This document shows positions 1 through 9,215 of a stretch of 44,773 nt of DNA, in pieces. A program made the position numbers and the translations under genes. Origin of the DNA: Streptosporangiaceae bacterium. GTDB lineage: Bacteria > Actinomycetota > Actinomycetes > Streptosporangiales > Streptosporangiaceae. The number at the start of each line of letters is the position of its first letter. Positions within the stretch are counted from its first letter, which is position 1. The DNA is taken from NCBI GenBank assembly GCA_035299845.1, contig DATGVY010000398.1, positions 1 to 44,773 on the forward strand, read 5' to 3'. Under the pieces are notes generated by a model. It saw only the letters and a program-made list of their open reading frames with translations. It searched no databases and was not told where the DNA came from.

Positions 1-2
1 GG

Positions 3-416
3 TTAGCGTTCACACGCCGGGCAGTACCTGGCCTGTGGTATCCCGGCCAGCCTCGCGGCGGCGATGGCGGCGCCGCACTGCTCGCACCAGCCGAACCGCC
101 CGGCTGCCAGCCGGGCCAGCGCCGCCTCGATCTCGGCGAGCGCGAGCCGCTCCGCGACAGCCCGGTGAAGGATCGCGCTCGCCCGCCGCCGTGCCGCCAG
201 GCGCGCATCCCGGCCGCTGCCGGCATCAGCGGCGGCTTCCTCGGCGTCGTGATAGGCGAGGGAGAATTCGGTGACCCGCTCCAGCCGTTCCCGCCAGCGG
301 AACCCGAGCAGGGCACGCCATTGCGGCAGCGCCGCCGGGTGCAGGTGCCGAGCCTCGGCCGTCGGGCTGCGCCGTGCCGCAGCAGGCGGCGGGAAGATAG
401 CCAGATCAGCCGTCAT
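3..416 (-). CDS. TraR/DksA family C4-type zinc-finger protein
   Basis: 137-aa ORF with a C-terminal CEQC-x17-CPAC four-cysteine motif. An Ala/Arg-rich helical region precedes it, typical of DksA/TraR. A GGGAAAGGAA purine run lies just upstream of the ATG on the minus strand. Confidence 0.8.
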   Translation of the reverse strand: MTADLAIFPPPAAARRSPTAEARHLHPAALPQWRALLGFRWRERLERVTEFSLAYHDAEEAAADAGSGRDARLAARRRASAILHRAVAERLALAEIEAALARLAAGRFGWCEQCGAAIAAARLAGIPQARYCPACER

Positions 417-736
417 CAGCGTTCCTTTCCCTCTCGGTGCTCACGTCCGGTCGCGGGCGCCGGCAGCAAGGTCCAGCAGATCACTGTTTCCTGCAGGCCA
501 GCTGAAGCCGACGCTTGCAGGCCGCTGTGAATACCGCTGTGAACACCGAGCCGGCGGAAACGGACTCCCCGGTACACGCTGACGCCGTGACCTCGCGCCA
601 GATGTTCGTTCAAGTGCGCCGCGGACGGCCATCCTGGCCGACCAGCAAGGCGCACAGATCGAAGCCTCAAGTGTGGTTGATTCAGTTTCCGGGGTCGCTG
701 TCGGTGGCTAGTCACGGTGAGTGCCGGGGCTGGTTG

Positions 737-1492
737 TCAGCTGCCGAGGCTCCGGCCGCCGTCGACGACGATGCGCTGGCCGGTGATGAAGCCGGCGGCT
801 TCGGAGGCGAGGAAGCTCACGGCGTGGGCGATGTCGGCGGGGGTTCCCATCCGCCCGGCGGGCACCGAGGCGAGGTAGGCATTCCTAATGTCGGCAGGGA
901 CGTCGGCGTGGCGCTCAACGGGGACGAAGCCGGGCGCGACCGTGTTCACGGTGATGCCGGCCGGGGCGAGTTCGCGGGCCCAGCTGCGGGCCAGGCCTAT
1001 CTGCGCGCTCTTGGCGGTGGCATAGGCGGACCTGCCGGGGGGCGGCCGGCCGGCGACCTCGGAGTCGATGTGCACGATGCGGCCGTACCGCCGGGCCACC
1101 ATCCCGGGCAGCACCGCGCGGCCGAGTAGCACCGGGCTGTTGACGAAGAAGTTCAGCTGGGCGAGGTGATCGGACCACGCCACCTCGCTCACCCGGGCTT
1201 CGGGCTGCGGGCCGGTGGCGTTGAGCACCAGCACATCAACCGGGCCGAACCGGCCGGTGATCGCGGCGACCAGCCCGGCAACCTGCTGCTCATCGGTGAC
1301 ATCGGCGCCGGAGGCCTCGGCGACGCCGCCGTCATCACGGATGCTGCGGCCGACCTCACGGGCCCGCCCGCCGCCGCGCCGGCCGTTGACCGCGACGGCG
1401 AGGCCGTCCTGAGCCAGCCGCCGCGCGATCGCGGCGCCCAGACCCCGCGAGCTACCCGTCACCAAAGCGACACGACCATGCGCAACCGGCAT
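737..1492 (-). CDS. SDR family oxidoreductase (FabG-like short-chain dehydrogenase)
   Basis: 251 aa. It has the TGSSRGLG cofactor-binding motif (TGxxxGxG), the catalytic YATAK (YxxxK), and C-terminal ITGQRIVVDGG. Confidence 0.9.
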   Translation of the reverse strand: MPVAHGRVALVTGSSRGLGAAIARRLAQDGLAVAVNGRRGGGRAREVGRSIRDDGGVAEASGADVTDEQQVAGLVAAITGRFGPVDVLVLNATGPQPEARVSEVAWSDHLAQLNFFVNSPVLLGRAVLPGMVARRYGRIVHIDSEVAGRPPPGRSAYATAKSAQIGLARSWARELAPAGITVNTVAPGFVPVERHADVPADIRNAYLASVPAGRMGTPADIAHAVSFLASEAAGFITGQRIVVDGGRSLGS

Positions 1493-1713
1493 GTGCCGAT
1501 CATCCCACCCCGCTCAGCGCACCGGGCGGCTCCAGCGCCGCGCTGGCCAACCCGGGACGCAGGCCACGAACCCGGCCCGGTTCTGGCTCCGGACCATGGT
1601 CTTGCCCAGCGTCTCGGTGGCGAAGGCCCCGGCCCGCCATAGGTCTCCTCGCTGGTCAGCAAGCTCGCTGGTCAGCAAGGAGGGGGTCAGCTCGACCAGC
1701 CTAGACTCTGGCT

Positions 1714-2196
1714 ATGCTCTCGTTGCGGCGTGCGGTCAGTGCCGACGTGCCCTCGCTGGTCAAGCTCGCATACGCGGCGTACGGAAGGTACGTAGCGCGC
1801 ATCGGACGGCCGCCGGCTCCGATGACCGCCGACTACGACAAGCTCGTGGCTCAGGCCGAGATATGGGTCACCGAGGACGAGACAGAGCTGGTGGGCCTGC
1901 TGGTCGTCATCGAGAATCCCGGTCATCTGCTGCTGGACAACGTGGCCGTCATCCCCTCCGCTCAGGGCCGCGGTATCGGCGCAGGCCTCCTTCGCCATGC
2001 CGAGAAACGGGCGCGGGAGCGCGCGCTGGCCGAGATCCGGCTTTACACGAATGCGGCCATGACCGAGAACCTGGCCTACTATGCGCGCCACGGATACGTT
2101 GAGACTCACCGCGCCGAGCAAGACGGCTTCCAGCGGGTGTTCTTCAGCAAGCAGCTGGGAACTGGCGGCCCGAGCCGCGTGGGATGCCCCACGTGA
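1714..2196 (+). CDS. GNAT family N-acetyltransferase
   Basis: 160 aa. VAVIPSAQGRGIGAGLL is the acetyl-CoA-binding motif A (Q/R-x-x-G-x-G/A). ARHGY lies near the C-terminus. Confidence 0.85.
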   Translation: MLSLRRAVSADVPSLVKLAYAAYGRYVARIGRPPAPMTADYDKLVAQAEIWVTEDETELVGLLVVIENPGHLLLDNVAVIPSAQGRGIGAGLLRHAEKRARERALAEIRLYTNAAMTENLAYYARHGYVETHRAEQDGFQRVFFSKQLGTGGPSRVGCPT

Positions 2197-2371
2197 TCAA
2201 GCCGACGCGCCGGGCCTGCTCCACAATGCGTCAGCGGACCCGATGCCTTGTCGCGCCGACGGCCCAGGCGCCTTCACGGGAGCCAAAGATCACGAGCGCA
2301 TTTGGCCGGGATGCTGGTGACGAGGAAGGTGTCGGGCCTTATGACCTCTCGTGATCGCTTCGGGCAACGCG

Positions 2372-2587
2372 TCAGCCTTTTGCCGGCCCCTTCTTACCCT
2401 TCCTGCGCGGATGCTCGATGGTCGCGTCCGGGCCGGGAAACACCAGGCTCGTGTGACCGTCGTCGAAACGCACCAGGTAGGGCGGCTCGCCGCCCGCTCC
2501 GCGGACCTCGACTATCTCGCCTGTCCGCTCCGGCTGGCCCACGATGTTGCCGCGCACGTGGAACCGGTCCCCGACGACTGCCTGCAT
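2372..2587 (-). CDS. DUF1918 domain protein
   Basis: I take the start at the internal Met (MQAVVGDRFHV...). The sequence GDRFHVRG...GEIVEVRGAGGEPPYLVRFDDGHTSLVFPGPDA matches the small DUF1918 family as I remember it. The longer 84-aa ORF only adds an Arg-rich extension. Confidence 0.7.
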   Translation of the reverse strand: MQAVVGDRFHVRGNIVGQPERTGEIVEVRGAGGEPPYLVRFDDGHTSLVFPGPDATIEHPRRKGKKGPAKG

Positions 2588-3175
2588 CCGCCACCTCCTC
2601 CTGCGTTCCCGCGCTACCCGATGCACCGGACACGGTCATGGTGTGCCCGCATTGCCACAGCCAGTATCCACCCTGAGGCCGATCGCTGGTACCGGTCCCG
2701 CCCAGCCTGCTTAACCCACTCCCGAACGCCGTCTCGGTCAGGTCAAGTCCCTCGCGACCTGACCCACTGACCGGTCTCCCTGCGGGCTAGAAGCGCGCCG
2801 GATCAAAAAGGGCTACCCCCCCGGGCCGGACCCGCCTGAGATCGGGAATGGCTCGGCGTGGGCCGCTACCAAGTCGCGATAGGAGGCGAACTGTACGATC
2901 TGACCCTCTCGCTGCACCGCCCCATGACCCCTGGGGCTAGGATCCGGGCGTGAGAACGCCGCAGGACGTCCTCGCGTGGCGAAGGGCGCTATTTGCCCGA
3001 TTCCTGATCACCGATCGCGCCAGCGCGGCCGACGCCGTAGGCCCAGGCGATCACACGTGTCCTGTCGCCCCGGAACAAGTCTGTCGAGTAGGGCAACCAT
3101 AGACCGCGGCCTTCCGGCGAATGTGGGTAGCCGCATGGCGCGGGGTGGCCAGGGAAGGGGCGCGCGTGGCGTGTC

Positions 3176-4033
3176 TTGCTGACCAATGACGACGGGGTTC
3201 AGGCGGCCGGGATCCGGGGAATCCGCGCCGCACTCGCCGAGCGCTGCTCCAGCGTGATCACGGTCGCGCCGGAAGGCGACTGCAGCGGCTTCGCGCGCAA
3301 ATGCACCTTCAGCCGGCCGGTCAGCGCCCGGCGCATAGAGGGCGGCGAGCATCCCGTCTACAGTTGCGATGGAACCCCCGCCGACTGCGTTCGCGTGGGA
3401 CTGCTCGGCGGCCTGGCGGCCGATGCCGACCTGGTCGTCAGCGGCATCAACCATGGGGCGAACCTTGCCGACGACGTCACCTACTCCGGCACCGTCGGCG
3501 CGGGGCTCGAGGCGGCCATCCTCGGAACCCCCGCGCTGTGCCTGTCCCAGCAGACGCCGACCGGCAGTTTCTCTGTCAACTACAACGAAGACCTCACAGA
3601 GCAAGGGCTGACGTACGACTTCGGCTTCGCTGCTCGGCACGGCGCGGCCCTGGCCGAGTCCATCACGCGGGCTGGCCCGGGCGAACCGGTCGTGCTCAGC
3701 GTCAACTACCCAGCGGTCATGACCGATGCGACGATCGTGCTTACCCGGGCCGGACGGCGCGACTACCCGCGCGCCTCAGTCCGCGACTGGGCCAGCGACG
3801 GCGAGGTCCACTCGCTGTACCTGTTCGGTGAACCCGGCGAGGTCATCCCGGACGCCGACGGCATCTGGGGCACCGACATCGCAGCCCTGCGGGCCGGGCG
3901 CATCTCCGTGACACCACTCTCATTCGCGGTCGGACTTGGCGACCTATCGCCGGGACTGCAGTCGTTTCTCGGACGTCTCGCGGCCAACTTCGCTATGAGA
4001 GACGCCATCGGACGCCCGCTCGGCTGGACCTGA
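3176..4033 (+). CDS. surE: 5'/3'-nucleotidase SurE
   Basis: N-terminal LLTNDDG, then GINHGAN and YSGTVGAGLEA motifs in SurE order. The ORF opens with a TTG start; the true start may differ by a few codons. Confidence 0.85.
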   Translation: MLTNDDGVQAAGIRGIRAALAERCSSVITVAPEGDCSGFARKCTFSRPVSARRIEGGEHPVYSCDGTPADCVRVGLLGGLAADADLVVSGINHGANLADDVTYSGTVGAGLEAAILGTPALCLSQQTPTGSFSVNYNEDLTEQGLTYDFGFAARHGAALAESITRAGPGEPVVLSVNYPAVMTDATIVLTRAGRRDYPRASVRDWASDGEVHSLYLFGEPGEVIPDADGIWGTDIAALRAGRISVTPLSFAVGLGDLSPGLQSFLGRLAANFAMRDAIGRPLGWT

Positions 4034-4144
4034 CGGCGATGAGTGCACCCGTTGAATCGCTTGCTCCGCGGCTCGGCCGACAACCGTCAGGAAATTTATG
4101 TAACCGCGACGTCCGACACCGGAGCAGCGGGCACGGGAGTCACC

Positions 4145-7100
4145 TCACGGCACCCGGGAACCGAGGAACGGTCGCAGGCTCTCAGCGATTTCGTCAACGG
4201 GGCTTAGCAGTACCGCCTTGACGTCAAGCTGCTCCAGTACCTCCGGCCGGAAGTCCATATCGGATTCTGTCACGGCAGCGATGAGTTCCTGTAGCCGGTC
4301 GCTCGTCGAGGACATGGCTGCGAGCAGGTCCCGGGTCGGCGCATGCTCGCGCAGCGTCACGTGAACGACAGCGAGCCCCGCGAGGTCTGCACCCTCCTGC
4401 TCTGGCAGCACGAAGACGATGCGGCCGTCGCGGCGACCGTGCAGCAGGCGTGGCGCGCGACTCCGGCCGATCAGCTTCTTCGAGCCCGTCAGAGGCGCCC
4501 ACTCCTCGGCGCGGCTCTGCAGATCGGCAGCTACCCCTGTCTTGGCCGTGACCTTGATCTGCTCGGGTGGCCCGATCCTGACCCGATACCGGGTAACTCC
4601 GTCGACCTGCTTGACGACCTTCGCGTGTGCGCGCAGGGCCACGAGGACAAGGTGACTGAGAACAGCCTCGGCGTCCGTGCCAGCAGCACGCAACGCCCTG
4701 ACGAGGTCGTTGTCGTAGAGGTCGGCGTCACTGCGCGACGTCCCTACGGTGACGGTCTTCGCCTGGTGCTTCACGGTATCGATGGAGCGGGTCATCTCAT
4801 CTACGGCCGCGGTGAGCGCGGCGCGAAGAAATTTCGTGGGATCCTCCGCTTGCGCCAGCAACACCACGGGCGACGCCAGGCGGGCTTGCGGGGATCCCAC
4901 AGCCGCGACAGCGAGGCGAAGGGCACTGAGACTGCCGAGCACGCCCTGCATTTCGCCGGAGTAGATCCGGTCGAGGGTCCGGACGACGTATTGGTGCACC
5001 TCGGGAAGCCAGTCCGCCCGCGCCCGCTGCGGGTTCTGGACCCCGGCCTCGAGGGTGTCCAGAGCCTTCCGCAGGTCATCAGCGCAGGCGTCGATGCTGA
5101 CCGCCGCATGGTAGGCAAACAGGTGTGCTGCCGCCGTGCTGAGAATCCAGGCCAGCGCGGGGTGCGCTGCGGGGACACGGATCACGTGCTGCGTCGCCCA
5201 GGGAAGATCTGGGCCAGCGTCGGTGATGACGACCGGCTGATTGCGATGCGAAGCGAGAATCTCCACCTCCTTGAGCAGATCGCCCAGCTGGCCGGATGGT
5301 GCTCCTGCGGCACACACCAGCACGAGTGCCTCGGCCGAGAGATCGATGTGCTTCTTGTCCTCTACGGCGTCAGTCGAGACCGTCCGGTAGCACAGCTCCG
5401 ACAACTTGATCCGGGCTTCGGCTGCCGCGACGCGATTGGGACCGGATCCGACGACGGCCCAGTACCGGTGCCGGGGAGCGGTGGCCCGCGCGATCTCGGC
5501 GATGTCCGCTTGAGCGTCGTAGACCTGCTGAAGGTGCTGTGGCATCGCTTGGAGGGCACGGAGCATGGCCGCCTCACGCTCGGCGGTGACGCTGCCCGCA
5601 ATCCTTCCCATCTGGACTCCGAGGAGGCAGCCCGCCGCGACCTGCGCATAAAACGCCTTCGTTGAGGCGACGGCCATCTCCACGTCACGGCCGTCAGATG
5701 TATAGAGGACGCCGTCGCTCTTGACGGTCAGATCGCTGTCGCGCCGATTGACAATGGCGATGACCGATGCGCCACGTGCCCGCGCGAGGTCGACGGTCCG
5801 ATTGGTGTCGGTGGTGGAACCTGACTGGCTAACGGCGATGACGCACGTGTCGGAGAGGTTCTCCTCAAGGCCGTACGCGGAGAACTCGCTCGCCGGCATC
5901 GACTGCACTGTGATGCTGGTCGGCAACAGCGAGCGCAGAGTCTGCGCGATGCCCTGGGCCGCGACACCGGCCGTGCCCTGTCCCAGCACAGCGACGCGCC
6001 GCACCTCGTCGTTCGCGATGCGTTGTCGCAGCGCCTGCGGCAAAGCTGAGGTCGGCAGATCGACTGCCGGGAGGTCGTCGGCGGTGTGCACTCGCCCACG
6101 CAGCGTCTTGCGGAACGAGGCTGCCGCCTCCCGGATTTCCTTCTCGAGGTAATGCTGGGCAGCGCCGCGGGCCAGGTCGCTGGTGGTGATCTCTGGGCAG
6201 CGGAGTTCCTCATCGCGGACTGGATTCGGCCTGCCCGCGCCGTCCAGCCGCTCCACGCCGCCGGTTAGATTCGTTCCGTCACGGGTCAAGGTGACTACGG
6301 TGCCAGGCGTCGCAGCCCCGGACCAGACGCCACCCTCGAGACGGAGGTAGCGGTCGGCTGACGCCACTAGCCCGTAGACCTCGCTCGCGACGAACAAGCC
6401 AGTCTCGGAGAAGCCGACATAGAGGCCTTGCCCGCTCCCCTTAACGGCGAGCAGCAGGCTGTCCGGCTCATCACCCATCTGAGCCGCGATGGCCATGGAC
6501 CCCTGGAAGTCGGCGAGGCACGACGCCATTGCCGCGGAGGTCGAGCGGCCTGCCGCGCGTTCGACCAGCAGCAGCGGAATGAGCTTCGCATCGGTGGAAA
6601 TCGTGTCCTCGCTGCCCGGGTACTCAAGCACCGCCCGCAGCGAGACGTGATTGTCGATGTCGCCGTTCAGCGTCGCCAGCGCAGTGCGGCCGGAGGGGGC
6701 ACCGTCGCGGACGCTGTCAACGGGGTGCGCGTTGGCCTCACAGATCCGGCCGACGCTGGCCCATCTTGTATGAGCCAGAATCGTCACCCGGGCTGACGGC
6801 CTGGCCAACGCGCTCTGCAGGTCTTGGTCCCAGGTGACCGCGGCTCGTATGTGAGCGGCATTGTCGCCGAGCTTGCCGATTATGGCCGCGCGTTTGTAGA
6901 CGAAGACGACCCCGCTGCTCGTCACTCGGGTGCTGCCGTGTCGCAACAAGGGGTCAGCCCGCTTCCACACGGCATCTCCGAGCAGCCGCAGGTCGTCTGC
7001 GTCCAGGCGCACGAATACGCTGATGCCGGCCGAGTCGCGGCCGCGGACCTCAAGGCGGTCGAGCGCCGCAAGGACCCCGTCCAGGGCAAGGTAGCCGACG

Positions 7101-7561
7101 ATTTGCCGCTCGTCGACCGCTCCCGCCAGCACGGAGAGCTCGGCGACCCGGCCGACTGGCGACAGCCTGTCGTGGCGTAGCGCGTACGCTACGTCCGTGG
7201 CGGCCCGCAGCGAACTCTGCAGCCGCTCCGTGGTGCCGGCTCCCCAATCGCGGCTGTGGTCGTCCGCAGCGGCATCCAGCTGGGCGAGCTGGCGTAGCAG
7301 ATCGTCTGCCCTCGCCTCCAGAATGCGTCGCGTGTCCGGTTCTCGCAGCAGAACCGCCGCCGCACCAGGCCGGGCCAGCAGCCGCACAGCTGCCTGGCAA
7401 TCGCGCACGAGGCGGTCCAGGTCAGCGGTGATCAGATCGGGCTCTGCGAACCGCGGCTGGGAGCCGGGGCCCGCCGGGATGGCATCCCGCACAGCGAGCG
7501 GCTCATGCGGCCGGAGCAGATCCGCGTCGTAGCTAGGGAGCGCAGCGACAATCCCGCACAT
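4145..7561 (-). CDS. GlmS-like class-II glutamine amidotransferase / tandem SIS-domain protein with an internal insertion and a C-terminal extension (1138 aa)
   Basis: I set the start at MCGIVAAL (Ntn Cys directly after Met; GGAGA sits about 9 nt upstream). RLEVRGRDSAGIS, HTRWAS and NGDIDNH are GATase-II motifs. YLEKEIREAAASF is the GlmS linker. SQSGSTTDT and VASTKAFYAQ mark SIS1, followed by a second SIS. KHQAKTVTVG resembles the GlmS C-terminal tail but is followed by about 215 more residues. Confidence 0.8.
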   Translation of the reverse strand: MCGIVAALPSYDADLLRPHEPLAVRDAIPAGPGSQPRFAEPDLITADLDRLVRDCQAAVRLLARPGAAAVLLREPDTRRILEARADDLLRQLAQLDAAADDHSRDWGAGTTERLQSSLRAATDVAYALRHDRLSPVGRVAELSVLAGAVDERQIVGYLALDGVLAALDRLEVRGRDSAGISVFVRLDADDLRLLGDAVWKRADPLLRHGSTRVTSSGVVFVYKRAAIIGKLGDNAAHIRAAVTWDQDLQSALARPSARVTILAHTRWASVGRICEANAHPVDSVRDGAPSGRTALATLNGDIDNHVSLRAVLEYPGSEDTISTDAKLIPLLLVERAAGRSTSAAMASCLADFQGSMAIAAQMGDEPDSLLLAVKGSGQGLYVGFSETGLFVASEVYGLVASADRYLRLEGGVWSGAATPGTVVTLTRDGTNLTGGVERLDGAGRPNPVRDEELRCPEITTSDLARGAAQHYLEKEIREAAASFRKTLRGRVHTADDLPAVDLPTSALPQALRQRIANDEVRRVAVLGQGTAGVAAQGIAQTLRSLLPTSITVQSMPASEFSAYGLEENLSDTCVIAVSQSGSTTDTNRTVDLARARGASVIAIVNRRDSDLTVKSDGVLYTSDGRDVEMAVASTKAFYAQVAAGCLLGVQMGRIAGSVTAEREAAMLRALQAMPQHLQQVYDAQADIAEIARATAPRHRYWAVVGSGPNRVAAAEARIKLSELCYRTVSTDAVEDKKHIDLSAEALVLVCAAGAPSGQLGDLLKEVEILASHRNQPVVITDAGPDLPWATQHVIRVPAAHPALAWILSTAAAHLFAYHAAVSIDACADDLRKALDTLEAGVQNPQRARADWLPEVHQYVVRTLDRIYSGEMQGVLGSLSALRLAVAAVGSPQARLASPVVLLAQAEDPTKFLRAALTAAVDEMTRSIDTVKHQAKTVTVGTSRSDADLYDNDLVRALRAAGTDAEAVLSHLVLVALRAHAKVVKQVDGVTRYRVRIGPPEQIKVTAKTGVAADLQSRAEEWAPLTGSKKLIGRSRAPRLLHGRRDGRIVFVLPEQEGADLAGLAVVHVTLREHAPTRDLLAAMSSTSDRLQELIAAVTESDMDFRPEVLEQLDVKAVLLSPVDEIAESLRPFLGSRVP

Positions 7562-7613
7562 GTGCCCTGTCTCCGTACTCCGGCCTGTAGCCGGTCGCAA
7601 ATTTCAGGCGTGC

Positions 7614-7677
7614 CGTCCCACGCTCTGGCCGAGACGCCAGACGATCGTCCCACGCTCTGGCCGAAACGCCAGACGAT
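7614..7677. repeat. Perfect-but-one tandem duplication, 2 x 32 bp, in the leader/promoter of the GlmS-like gene
   Basis: Units 7614-7645 and 7646-7677 (cgtcccacgctctggccgaRacgccagacgat) differ only at 7633 versus 7665. Each unit contains the inverted repeat TCTGGC-N6-GCCAGA. Confidence 0.95.
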
Positions 7678-7747
7678 GCTGTGTCGATGTGAGCGGCGGC
7701 GTCTCAATGTCCGCCTGGCTGATACCTTCACCGTAAAGCACAACTAC

Positions 7748-7803
7748 GCTAGTCGTGCACAGCTAGTCCCAGGTTACATGCCGCTAGTCCCACCTTGCAT
7801 GCC
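7748..7803. repeat. Three tandem GCTAGTC-initiated units (14 + 21 + 21 bp) in an AT-richer intergenic patch
   Basis: The units are gctagtcgtgcaca, gctagtcccaggttacatgcc and gctagtcccaccttgcatgcc, read directly from the sequence. Confidence 0.9.
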
Positions 7804-8223
7804 CACGGCCTGAATTACTGATTGACGCAGCACAAGACGTGTCATGTAATAGCGGGATAACAAGCCTGGCAAGGGACTGGATCAGGTCCGCAACCCAGTA
7901 CTGTACATGCTCGGGACTTTATTCTAGACGAATATGTTGGACTGCCCGAAGGGCACCCCCAGTCAAATAGTGCAGTCATCCGTCGGCAGTTCACCGACGG
8001 GGTTGATTTCGCCGCGGGCGCCGTACCGGGACTAGCCGGAAACACATCTGATCTGGTGGCTGAGTGCGCGAGATTCGAACGGGCCATCGCCGGCGCTGGG
8101 GCATCGATATACAAATCCCAGGCGTAGGGAGAGAGCGCTCCCTACTCACCCTGCCGCGGGGCGGCGTCGCGGTCGACGAGCGGAGATTCGACACATCCGA
8201 TGGGCTGTAGCTTGTACCGAGCC

Positions 8224-8661
8224 TTACTCATCCATCCGCCTCTCGCTCGCTTGCGGCACCGCACGTCGGTAGCCAGCTTGGCGCATCAGTCGCTGAGCAC
8301 CACCCAGGTCGAGCTGGCGGAGGCGCTCAGGATCGGCGAGCATGCCGATTCCGGTGATCTTCCCGTGCGTGATGGTGAAGCTGAATACGACGCGCGGCCG
8401 GCCGCCCGGCGCCCAGACAGCTCCGGCGGCTCCGTTCACGAGGGCCGGCTGTCCGGCCCGAGCACGCCCGGAGAAGGTGCCGACCACCGTCGGCGCGCCG
8501 CGGACCTCCCTCGACGCGCCCGCCTGCACGGCTGTGCGATCGGCCCGGAGCACGACGTCTGGGTCGAGCATCGCGAGAAGCGCGTCGAAGTCACCATTGC
8601 GCGAGGCCGCGAGGAAGGCGCCGACGGCTATGATTCCTTCCTGCTGCGGAGGCCGGCGTGA
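8224..8661 (-). pseudogene. C-terminal (SnoaL-like) fragment of a SigJ/ECF41-type sigma factor; the sigma regions are missing
   Basis: The frame is open only from 8661 (in-frame TGA at 8662-8664). The translation ...GAFLAASRNGDFDALLAMLDPDVVLRADRTA...VRGAPTVVGTFSGRARAGQPALVNGAAGAV...ITGIGMLADPERL matches the C-terminal domain of SigJ-like ECF sigma factors. No sigma-2 or sigma-4 region lies upstream. Confidence 0.5.
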
Positions 8662-8719
8662 TCATCGTGCTTGAAACGGCTACGGCGGCATCACGCCGCC
8701 CGGCCCTGGGGGGCCGTTG

Positions 8720-9196
8720 ATGCCGCGCTTAGCGGTGTCCGGGCACCGCAACCTGCCAGCCGGCTCGATGCGCCTGGTCGACGAGGCGATCAGGTCGGCA
8801 CTGTCCGATGGCGCACGGAACGTGACGGGACTGTCCTGTCTTGCCGACGGCGCCGACCAGATCTTCGCCCGCGCGGTCCTCGACCTCGGCGGCGACATCG
8901 AGGCAGTGATTCCTGCGGAGAAGCACCGTGACGGGCTGCCCGGGCAGGCACGCGAGGAGTATGACCGGCTGCTGGCCAAGGCGGTCGCCGTACACCGGCT
9001 GCCGTTTACCGAGTCGACGCCCGAAGCGCACATGGCCGCCGGCGAGTTCATGATCGGTGAAGCAGACGAGCTGTTCGCAGTGTGGGACGGCAAGCCCGGG
9101 CGAGGCTTCGGCGGAACCGCAGACGTCGTCGCCCTCGCGCGCGAGCGCGATCTGCCTGTCCAGGTAATCTGGCCAGACGGCGCGCGGCGCCACTAA
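8720..9196 (+). CDS. SLOG/DprA-LOG-superfamily-like Rossmann protein (function unknown)
   Basis: 158 aa. VSGHRNL near the N-terminus, then LSCLADGADQIFARAVLDLGG, then VWDGKPGRGFGGTADVV. This glycine-rich pattern is like the YpsA/LOG-type SLOG domains I remember. The family assignment is tentative. Confidence 0.4.
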   Translation: MPRLAVSGHRNLPAGSMRLVDEAIRSALSDGARNVTGLSCLADGADQIFARAVLDLGGDIEAVIPAEKHRDGLPGQAREEYDRLLAKAVAVHRLPFTESTPEAHMAAGEFMIGEADELFAVWDGKPGRGFGGTADVVALARERDLPVQVIWPDGARRH

Positions 9197-9215
9197 CGCC
9201 GGTCGCGGTGGGCTA

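Noticed and set aside
7562-7720. glmS ribozyme upstream of the GlmS-like gene
   Set aside because: I do not recognise the conserved glmS ribozyme core in this leader, which is dominated by the 2 x 32-nt duplication. The ribozyme is known mainly from Firmicutes. An Infernal scan would be needed for a definitive answer.
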